Source: Reclinomonas americana ATCC 50394
Lineage: Eukaryota
Length of the DNA: 20,819 nucleotides
Direction: 5' to 3'
Assembly (NCBI GenBank): GCA_048213135.1
Contig: PS015058.1
Coordinates: 182,042-202,860, forward strand
Positions within the stretch are counted from its first letter, which is position 1, and every line of letters begins with the position of its first letter. Below the pieces are notes generated by a model. That model was not told the DNA's origin. It saw only the letters and a program-made list of their open reading frames with translations, and did not search any database. Positions 1-9,762 of the stretch are shown here, piece by piece. The position numbers and the translations under genes were made by a program.

Positions 1-302
1 GCATATGCATGACAGTAATTAAAGGAGAAGGAAATGGAGGAAGGTTTTAATCAGGGTGGTAGAAGAGTGCACGTGAGGGTTGCGTTTGGCTGACTACTGC
101 TGCTGCAAAGGAGAGAAACTGCCTCCTGCTGTTGATCAAGGGCAGAATGAACAAGGAGACCATTTACTTCAACATCATGGATCCCGGTCTGTGCCACGTA
201 CCTCTCATGACTATAAAGAAGGAGGAGAAGGAGGAAGGTTCTAGTCAGGTTATAAGAGTGGAGGGTTGCGTTTGTTTCTCTCCACAACAGCTCGCGGGCT
301 CA

Positions 303-1919
<1,617 letters not shown>

Positions 1920-1963
1920 TTTTGTCTAAAGTATAAAGTCGCGTCCTGCCTGTGCGTTTTGTT
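1920..1963. promoter_or_regulatory. Putative bidirectional promoter between divergent start codons
   Basis: Only 44 bp separate the minus-strand ATG (1919) and the plus-strand ATG (1964). The spacer is AT-richer than its surroundings and has TATAAA at 1932-1937. Confidence 0.55.
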
Positions 1964-2128
1964 ATGTTGTTCTTGTCACGCGCTCGGAGGTTGTTCTTCT
2001 CCACTGATGCAGTGAAGGAGGCTGCAGCAGTGAAGCGGGCGTGGAACTTTTCGGCGGGACCGTCGTGTTTGCCGACTCGTTGCGTGTGTGTGTGTGCAGG
2101 GAGGGAGAGGGAGGGAGAGAGCAGAGAG

Positions 2129-2160
<32 letters not shown>

Positions 2161-2180
2161 AGAGAAGAGAAGAGAAGAGA

Positions 2181-2221
<41 letters not shown>

Positions 2222-4069
2222 NNNNNNNNNNNNNNNNNNNNNNNNNNNNNNNNNNNNNNNNNNNNNNNNNNNNNNNNNNNNNNNNNNNNNNNNNNNNNNN
2301 NNNNNNNNNNNNNNNNNNNNNNNNNNNNNNNNNNNNNNNNNNNNNNNNNNNNNNNNNNNNNNNNNNNNNNNNNNNNNNNNNNNNNNNNNNNNNNNNNNNN
2401 NNNNNNNNNNNNNNNNNNNNNNNNNNNNNNNNNNNNNNNNNNNNNNNNNNNNNNNNNNNNNNNNNNNNNNNNNNNNNNNNNNNNCTCTCTCTCTACCATA
2501 CCTCCTTCTCCTCCTCCTCCTCCTCCTCCTCCTCCTCCTCCTCCTCCTCCTCCTCCTCCTCCTCCTCCTCCTCCTCCTCATCTCTCTCTCTCTTGTGCCC
2601 TAGCAGCGATGCAGGCACCCAAGTCGTCACCTAATCACAGAGTGGCTGAGAGACAACGCGCGCCTATGCATAGATGAAGGCGCCCATCGACTCCTTCTCT
2701 CTCTTCTCCTTCTTCCTCTCTCTCTTCGTCTTTTTTCCTCTCTGTCTCTCTCCCTCCCTCCCTCTCCTTCCTCTCTCCCTCTCACCCACCCGCTCCCTCC
2801 CTCCCTCTCCCTCCTCCGACCTCCACGCAGCCGTTCTCCAGCAGATTCGCGATGAGCTGCTGTCGTTTGACGGCAGCGGAATGAGCCTCATGGAGATGTC
2901 GCATCGTGACGTGGGCGGCCCTGTGCAGCACATGATGCAGTCGTCGGTCGAGTTGTTGCGACAGCTGCTGGAGGTGCATGCGACTCTTCTGTTCCATCAC
3001 ATGCCCCTTTGCCCTCACGCTTCTTGGCTTGTCGTGCCAGGTGCCGAGCAACTACCACGTGCTGCTGATGCAGGGCGGGGCGCATGGGCAGTTCGCCGCG
3101 GTGCCGCTCAACTTGATGGGTCAGCCAGGTCGCACGTACGGAGCGTATGTGGATGCGGGGTTTTGGAGTCGTCGCGCGTTCAACGAGGCCACGCGTCTGC
3201 GTGTCGGCGACATGCGTGTGGTGTACAACAACGAGGCGGCGCACAAGTATAGGCGATTGGGTGCGCCGAGCGAGTGGGAGGTGGACGACAAGGCCGCGTA
3301 CATTCATCTGTGTGCGAATGAGACGATTCATGGACTGGAGGTGCTGCGCGATGTGGAGTCGCCAGTGGCCGGCGTGCCGCTGGTGCTGGACGCCACCTCC
3401 ACCCTCCTCAGTCGCCCGCTCGATATCAGCAAGTACGGCGTCGTGTACGCCTCCAGCGGCAAGAACCTCGGACCCGCCGGCATCACCGTCGTTATTGTGC
3501 GCGACGATTTGCTGCAAGACGGCTTGGCGCTGCCCGGCTGCCCGTCGGTTCTGTCGTGGAAGCAGGCGGCGACTTCCGGGGGCGCCTACAAGCAACCGAA
3601 TCTGTACAACACGCCACCGACGTTCATCTGCTACGCCATGTGGCGCGTGTTGCAGCACACGCTGCAGCGTGGCGGTGTGCCGGCCATGGAGAAGCGTGCG
3701 GTGGCGCTGTCTTCGGAGATCTACAACATTGTCGACAGCAGCCACGGCTTCTACTCGAATCACGTGGATCCTGCGTTCCGCTCGCGCATGAATGTGCCGT
3801 TCCGCATCAACGGCGGCGACTTGGAGCTGGAGCGCCTGTTTACCCGTGAGGCGGAGCAGAAGCACGGTCTCCTGCAGGTGTTTGGGCATCCGCTTTTTGG
3901 CGGGCAGGTGAGTGTTCTTGGAGGGAAAGGGAGGGAGGTAACGAGGAAGCTGATTGTGGTGTTTGCATTTGTTGCGCAGCGAATTACGCTGTACAATGCG
4001 GTGCCGGAGGAGGCCGTGGCCAAGATGACGGACTTTATGCGAGCGTTCCAGAAGCAGTATGCGCGGTAG
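1964..4069 (+). CDS. PSAT1: Phosphoserine aminotransferase (PLP-dependent class V aminotransferase), about 404 aa; exons 1964-2078, 2831-2973, 3041-3907, 3980-4069
   Basis: Spliced product contains NFSAGPSCLP, SLMEMSHR, LMQGGAHGQFAAVPLNL, CANETIHG, the PLP-lysine motif YASSGKNLGPAG, LYNTPP, RSRMNVPF and GHPLFGGQ|RITLYNA. The Arg-rich N-terminal extension is MLFLSRARRLFFST. Confidence 0.96.
2100..2820. repeat. PSAT intron 1: (GA)n in the 5' part, (CCT)n/(CT)n in the 3' part, N gap at 2222-2484
   Basis: Directly visible. Confidence 0.95.
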
Positions 4070-4159
4070 TGGGCGAGGGAAGTGGGGGGAGGGGAGAGAG
4101 TCTGCTAATTAGTGTAATGTGATGTCGGCGTTGGAGGAGGAGGAGGCAATCGGGGAAGA

Positions 4160-4445
4160 CTTTCCATGCGGTGTTGGAGGTTGTGTTCTCTCCCCAGTTC
4201 GGTCACACGGGGAGGGTCCCCTGGTGACCGGATGACGGGTCTAGCGAGTCGAGGGTCAAGTGTCGGAACAACGAGAGAGAAAGGAGGGGGAGTTGTGCTT
4301 GCACTTCTTCGGCGCATGCCCTATCGGGCCCACCCTCTACTCATCGCTTGCGAAGCTTGTTGGTACTTGAAGATCCCGCCACAGAAACCCAACAGCTTTC
4401 TGACAACTCTCTTGACAGGAATTTTTGTGTGTGAAACGCGACTGA
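4160..4445 (+). ncRNA. Candidate structured non-coding RNA of unknown family, with an Sm-like site
   Basis: Nested helices by eye: 4198-4213/4217-4232 hairpin, 4237-4242/4371-4376, 4243-4256/4332-4348 and 4168-4188/4381-4396. AATTTTTG lies at 4420-4427, followed by a short possible hairpin. G-U pairs favour the plus strand. Confidence 0.3.
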
Positions 4446-4532
4446 GAACAGACACGCACACCTTGTCGGTGTGTGCATTCTCTCTCCCTCCTCTCTCCAG
4501 CTCTGTGTTCTCATTGGCCTTGTGGCGCACAG

Positions 4533-4831
4533 TTCTCTGTGAATGTGAGTGCGGCGCATGATTCGTCGCAGTCGGTGGTGGTGGAGGGCATGTCGGCCGT
4601 GTCCACTCTTGCGGACTTGCTGCGTGAGGCCACACGTTTGCTGCGTGAGAAAAGTGGAGATGGGGAGATGGAGATTGTGGGAGTAGAGAAGCCGGTGCCG
4701 TACGACATTGACGATACGAGCGCGATGAAGTTGAAATCACTCGGCATCAACTCGTCCACTCATCTCATCGTCCGTGTGACGCTTGACGTGCCGCTGCCAC
4801 TGAGTGGAGGGAGTGGGAGTGGGAGTGGAAG
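4533..4831 (+). CDS. Upstream exon of the NACHT-WD40 gene encoding a ubiquitin-like (beta-grasp) domain and a Gly/Ser linker
   Basis: Acceptor gcgcacag|4533 and donor ag|gtgtgt at 4832. Encodes FSVNV..SVVVE..STLADLL..KLKSLGINSSTHLIVRV then GGSGSGSG. It joins in frame through micro-exon 4896-4916 and intron 4917-4993 (branch-like CTGAC at 4973) to the 4995 ORF. Confidence 0.6.
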
Positions 4832-4994
4832 GTGTGTGTGTCTGTGAATCGCCCTCTGTGCACAACATGCATCTCACTCTCATGTCTCCGCACAGCAACT
4901 CGGAGCGAGTGACTCGGTTTGTTTTGCTTGCCCTCGTCATCCTTCTCTCCCCTGCTTGCTCTTTCATTGATGCTGACAGCAGTGGGCGCACAGC

Positions 4995-7900
4995 ATGGTC
5001 AACTCACAGCGCATCAACATGGCCTTCGAGGTGGTGGTGGAGGCCGTGCGTCTGCGCTGTCAACGTGCACTTGCCCAGTTCAGTCGCGATCATGCCGATT
5101 TTGATGTGCGGGCGTGGACTCCCGATGTGTGGACACCGCCGTTGTTCTGGCATCCGTTGACAATCAAAGCGTGGTACGATCGGCATGCACCACTCGCACC
5201 TGGTCGCGTCAAGTTGTTTGCACCGCAGCAGCAGCACATGCTCGACTGGAAGTCCGCCTTCGATGCCGACCACAACTCCGACCCTTCGTGTGACGCATTT
5301 GATGTGACGGCTTTGGCATCCATCTTACTGTTTGGTGGCTTTGTGCACGATGATGCGTCCTTCCGCCTGATCAGTCGCGCAAGCGAACGTTCAACGGTGG
5401 AACAACTGCGTGATGTACGGAACGAGTTGGTTCACGGGTCGTCTGCATGGACCGACGCCAGTGCGCAAGAGTATCTCGGTGACCACGGCACGTTCCTTGC
5501 CCTCCTCGGCAAGCTGCGCCATCCTGCCGACGCAACGGCCGGTTTTGAAACGCGGATTCGTGAGGCGCGCCTCATTGATGACGACTTTAGCACGTTTGCC
5601 GTGCGTCTGCATCGACTGGCTCACCGTGAGATGGCCTATTATCACGACGACGAGAGTGTGCGCAAGGACATACAGATGTATGTGCCACTGCTGTGCTCCC
5701 GTGAGCGTGACGTCTCGTCGACAGACAAGATGACGGATCTGTTGACGGAGGTGGATGCCTTCCTCGCTGACACCAACACCACGCAGCGTGTGTTGGTGTT
5801 GTTTGGCAATAGTGGCGCAGGCAAGACCACCTCCATGTCGGTGCTCGCTGAGAGAGCGTGGCGACAGTGGCAGACGAGAGACAGCAGACGAGTGCCTGTG
5901 CGTGTGCCTCTTGGCGCACTGCGCAATGCCGATGAGCGACTGTTGGAAGAAGCACTGGAGCGACTGTCACCTGAATTGGGATTCGGCGAGTCGGATGTAC
6001 GACGGTTGAAGGAGGAACCACTGCTGCTGTTGCTTGACGGATACGACGAGTTGTACCGTGGTGTGAATCTGTTTGTCAAAAACCAGCTGGATCCGTCTGT
6101 GTGTCGCGATGTGAAGGTGATCATCACGTGCCGAGGCGATTATGCGCTGACGGCATTGGGTGGTGCGGCACAATATCGACGGTACCTTGCACCGCTAGAT
6201 GCACGAGGACAGTTGTGCATGCAGCAGTTGATGGAACGACACATGTCACCATTCAACAAGGAGCAGATTGAGAAGTACTTTGAGCGACTTGTGCAAGTCA
6301 GTGGTGATAATGACAGTGAAGTGCGATGGTCGACTGCCAAAGAGTACATTCGTGCACTGAAGAGTGTGCATGGACTGGATGCACTGGTGTCGAATCCGTT
6401 CCTGCTGGCTGTGGTGGCTCGTGTGTTACCGCAGTTGGTGGCGAGTGGTGTGCAGCGACCAACTCGGTGCGATGTATTCGACCGATTCATTCGACAGTGG
6501 ATTGTGAGGGAGCAGGAGAGGCAGACGCGTCTCGGTGCGGAGCGTGTGCCAAGTGAGGAGACGTGTCTCTCCTTCTGTGAGGGACTGGCACGGTTGATGC
6601 ATGAGAAGAATGTGGTGCGTGTGTCTGTGACGGAGAATCGGTCAGAGGATGGTGATGAGGAGGTTGACTTTGGTGGTGCGCCACTCGCCTTGCGACGAGT
6701 GGAAGAGAGATCATTTGACAAATTCCTCGGTCACAAGAACCAGCATGTGCGAGTGTGTTGTCCGATTGTGCGACGGTACGGGACGACGCAGTGGGGATTC
6801 GTGCATCTGTCGTTGCTGGAGCACTGTGTGGCGCGGCATGTGTTTGCATGGGAGACGTGGGATGAGGAGAGGCGGTTGACGATGCAAGATGTGCAGCAGC
6901 ATGTGTTAGGAGCGCGACTGCTGAATGATCGTCCATCGCTGGTGGAGCAGATGGCCGAGGTGGTGCGACGGTCTCCAGCGTTGCAAGCGAGACTGTGGGA
7001 GGTGATTTCGGTGTCCCGTGAGGTGGATGAGGAGCGAGTGGTGACGGCATCGGCGAATGCAGCAACGGCGTTGTGTGTGGCACAAGTGTCGTTCAGTGGA
7101 CGAGACATGTCGGGTGTGCGAGTGCGGGGTGCGGATTTGAGGGATGCGGTGATGCATAGGACGGTATGGAGGGAAGCGGATTTGCGAGGGGTGAATGTGT
7201 GCCTTGCGTATGCGAGGGAGGCGGATTTCACGGGGGCGGATGTGATGGGTGTGAAGTGGCCGAGAAGGCCTATGGAGGGCCACACTGGAGAGGTGAACTC
7301 GGTCGCTGTCACTCCCGATGGCCAGCACATTGTGAGTGGCAGTGGGGACAAGACTGTAAGAGTGTGGTCACTGGCAAGTGGCGAGGAGATACGCCGACTG
7401 AAAGGCCACACGAGTGTGGTGCGGGCTGTGACAGTGACACCCAATGGTCAGTACATTGTGAGTGGCAGTAATGACAAGACTGTACGGGTGTGGTCAGTGA
7501 CAAGTGGCAAGGTGCGCCGACTACAAGGGCACATGGGTGAGGTCCGGGCAGTGGCAGTTACACCCGATGGCCAGTACATTGTGACTGGCAGCTGGGACAA
7601 GAGTGTTCGTATGTGGTCACTGGTGAGTGGCAAAGAAGTAAGGCGACTGGAAGGCCACACGAGTTGGGTGAATGCAGTGGCAGTGACACCTGATGGCCAG
7701 CACGTCGTTAGTGGCAGTGGAGACAACACTGTGCGTGTGTGGTCACTGGCAAGTGGAGAAGAAGTGCGACGGTTGGAGGGACACACAGACTGGGTGTATT
7801 CTATCGCTGTCACTCCCGATGGGCAGCACGTTATGAGTGGAAGCAGGGACAAAACTGTGCGGATGTGGTCGGTGGCAAGTGGCGAGGAGGTGCGCCGACT

Positions 7901-9215
7901 GGAAGGCCACTCGAATGGGGTGCAAGCAGTGGCAGTGACACCCGATGGCCTGCACATCGTGAGTGGCAGTGCGGACGACACTGTACGGGTGTGGTCGCTG
8001 GCGAGTGGCGAGGAGGTGCGCCGACTGGAAGGCCGCTCGATTGGGGTGCGTGCTGTGGCAGTGACACCCGATGGTCTGCACATTGTGAGTGGCGGTTATG
8101 CCAAGACTGTGCGTCTGTGGTCTGTGGTGGGTGAGGAAGGCGTGCGACAGATGGGAGGACACACTGATTCAGTGCATACCGTTGTGCTCACTCTCGATGG
8201 CCAGAGCGTCGTGAGTGGAGGTGGAGACATGACGGTGAGGATGTGGTCGGTGACAACTGGAGAAGAATTGTGGAAGGTGGAAAGACAGTCGTCGGACCTC
8301 ATCGTGTCTCCGGATGGTCGGTATGTTGTGAGTGGGAGTGTGGACGGAGCGGTGCGTGTGTGGTCGCTGGCGAGTGGTGAGGAAGTGTGGCGGTTGGAGG
8401 GACACATTGAAGCCGTGATGTCTGTCGCCTTTACTCCCGATGCTCAGCAAGTAGTAAGTGGGCGTAATGACCCCACGGTGCGTGTGTGGTCCCTGGCGAG
8501 CGGAGACGAAGTGCGACGGTTGAAGCGACACACTGGAATAGTGAACTCTGTCGTCGTCACTCCCGATGGTAAGAACATCGTGAGCGGACGTTGGGACACC
8601 ACAATGCGAGTGTGGTCACCGGCGAGTGGAGAAGTAGTGCGACGATTGGAAGGACACACTGACTGGGTGCGATCAGTTGCCGTCTCTCCTGATGGTCAGC
8701 ACATTGTGAGTGGGAGTGAGGACAGAACAGTGCGAGTGTGGTCACTGGCGAGTGGAGAGGAGGTGCGACGGTTGGAGGGTCACACTGGCGTGGTGAACCT
8801 TGTTGTTACCACTCCCGATGGTCAGCACATCGTGAGTGCGAGTGACGACGAGACACTGCGAGTGTGGTCACTGGCGAGTGGAACAGAAGTGCGACGGTTG
8901 GAAGGACACTCTCTTCGTGTGCGGGCTGTCGCCATCACTCCGGATAGTTCGTACATCATGAGTTGTGATTATGGTGGGATTGCGCGAGTATGGTCACTTG
9001 CGAGTGGAAAAGAAGTGCCTCTTGACGACCAGGCGGATCTTGTGACTCCTGAATTGGGTCGTGTGGCTTTCCTTGGCTGCACGGCCTTTGGTACTGCTTA
9101 TACCACGCGAGTGTCTGGCAAAAGGATCTTTCTGATGCGTCGAAACACTCGTGGGCTGGTGGAGCGTATCTTGGGCACTGTGTTGCCTGACTTCTCCTAC
9201 GCACTCGGTATTTAG
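4995..9215 (+). CDS. NLR/STAND-like protein: HEPN (DZIP3-like) domain, NACHT NTPase, pentapeptide repeats and 14 WD40 repeats; uninterrupted 1406-aa ORF, probably the last exon of a longer gene
   Basis: FDVTALASILL...LRDVRNELVHG (RxxxxH at 5418-5435); Walker A GNSGAGKT (5805-5828); Walker B LLLLLDGYDE; IITCR; LVSNPFLL; winged-helix FVHLSLLEH; ADLRD/ADLRG/ADFTG pentapeptides; 14 GH...W repeats. Confidence 0.95.
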   Translation: MVNSQRINMAFEVVVEAVRLRCQRALAQFSRDHADFDVRAWTPDVWTPPLFWHPLTIKAWYDRHAPLAPGRVKLFAPQQQHMLDWKSAFDADHNSDPSCDAFDVTALASILLFGGFVHDDASFRLISRASERSTVEQLRDVRNELVHGSSAWTDASAQEYLGDHGTFLALLGKLRHPADATAGFETRIREARLIDDDFSTFAVRLHRLAHREMAYYHDDESVRKDIQMYVPLLCSRERDVSSTDKMTDLLTEVDAFLADTNTTQRVLVLFGNSGAGKTTSMSVLAERAWRQWQTRDSRRVPVRVPLGALRNADERLLEEALERLSPELGFGESDVRRLKEEPLLLLLDGYDELYRGVNLFVKNQLDPSVCRDVKVIITCRGDYALTALGGAAQYRRYLAPLDARGQLCMQQLMERHMSPFNKEQIEKYFERLVQVSGDNDSEVRWSTAKEYIRALKSVHGLDALVSNPFLLAVVARVLPQLVASGVQRPTRCDVFDRFIRQWIVREQERQTRLGAERVPSEETCLSFCEGLARLMHEKNVVRVSVTENRSEDGDEEVDFGGAPLALRRVEERSFDKFLGHKNQHVRVCCPIVRRYGTTQWGFVHLSLLEHCVARHVFAWETWDEERRLTMQDVQQHVLGARLLNDRPSLVEQMAEVVRRSPALQARLWEVISVSREVDEERVVTASANAATALCVAQVSFSGRDMSGVRVRGADLRDAVMHRTVWREADLRGVNVCLAYAREADFTGADVMGVKWPRRPMEGHTGEVNSVAVTPDGQHIVSGSGDKTVRVWSLASGEEIRRLKGHTSVVRAVTVTPNGQYIVSGSNDKTVRVWSVTSGKVRRLQGHMGEVRAVAVTPDGQYIVTGSWDKSVRMWSLVSGKEVRRLEGHTSWVNAVAVTPDGQHVVSGSGDNTVRVWSLASGEEVRRLEGHTDWVYSIAVTPDGQHVMSGSRDKTVRMWSVASGEEVRRLEGHSNGVQAVAVTPDGLHIVSGSADDTVRVWSLASGEEVRRLEGRSIGVRAVAVTPDGLHIVSGGYAKTVRLWSVVGEEGVRQMGGHTDSVHTVVLTLDGQSVVSGGGDMTVRMWSVTTGEELWKVERQSSDLIVSPDGRYVVSGSVDGAVRVWSLASGEEVWRLEGHIEAVMSVAFTPDAQQVVSGRNDPTVRVWSLASGDEVRRLKRHTGIVNSVVVTPDGKNIVSGRWDTTMRVWSPASGEVVRRLEGHTDWVRSVAVSPDGQHIVSGSEDRTVRVWSLASGEEVRRLEGHTGVVNLVVTTPDGQHIVSASDDETLRVWSLASGTEVRRLEGHSLRVRAVAITPDSSYIMSCDYGGIARVWSLASGKEVPLDDQADLVTPELGRVAFLGCTAFGTAYTTRVSGKRIFLMRRNTRGLVERILGTVLPDFSYALGI
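7272..9017 (+). repeat. Array of 14 WD40 repeats of about 126 bp (42 aa) with high internal conservation
   Basis: Consensus LEGHTxxVxxVAVTPDGQHIVSGSxDxTVRVWSLASGEEVRR. DNA-level identity is visible between units, for example gcgagtggcgaggaggtgcgccgactggaaggcc and close variants. Confidence 0.95.
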
Positions 9216-9762
9216 GTCAGCAAGATGACAACATGGACGGAGAGAGGATCGAGAAGCGAGCAGATTCGTGCGCTGGTGGTGGCGCGAGATCGGCGAGTGG
9301 AGGGTGCGGTGGAGCCAGATTCGCCGGCGGGTGCGGTGTCGTCGGTGGCGTCACTGAGTAAGGCGGAATTGGGCACGAGTGAGATTGGTGCGGCGGCGGT
9401 GGAGCGGCGGTGAGGGCGACGCGGTGCAGAAGAAGAAGGGTGAGAAAAGGGAGAAAGGGGAAGGGGAAGTGAGTGGCGTGTGTGACTGACTTTGGCTTTT
9501 TGCGTTGGTGTGCAGTGTCAACGCCGTGCTACGGTGCCGCGTGTGTGGTTTGTAAAGATTGGTGTGAGACGCGTGGAGGGCGAGGCGGAGCAGAAGAGAA
9601 AGGGTGAGTGGGCAAAGGGGGAAGGGGAAGTGAGTGTCAAACGTTTTTTTGTAAAGATTTGTTTACAGTACCGTAGAATTTCCCTCGCAATCTGGCGGTT
9701 GTGTTGGTGCTCGCTGTTAGTGAGTCAGTGTGAGTCAGAGTGTGTGCGTGTAAGCATCGCCC

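Noticed and set aside
2974-3040. Apparent frameshift or pseudogenisation of PSAT (split ORFs)
   Set aside because: Fully explained by GT-AG introns.
2888-3889. 333-aa antisense ORF over PSAT, and similar shadow ORFs over the WD40 and FAM227-like genes
   Set aside because: Expected by-product of GC-rich codon usage on the coding strand.
4344-4395. U2 snRNA-like ATCGCTT...AAGATC, or a telomerase template AAACCCAAC
   Set aside because: No GTAGTA branch-pairing sequence and no convincing 1.5-repeat TTAGGG-type template.
7272-9017. CRISPR-like or mobile repeat array
   Set aside because: Units are in-frame 126-bp WD40 coding repeats with no repeat-spacer structure.
9225-9413. 62-aa ORF right after the NLR stop
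   Set aside because: No recognisable motif or splice support; likely 3' UTR or intergenic.
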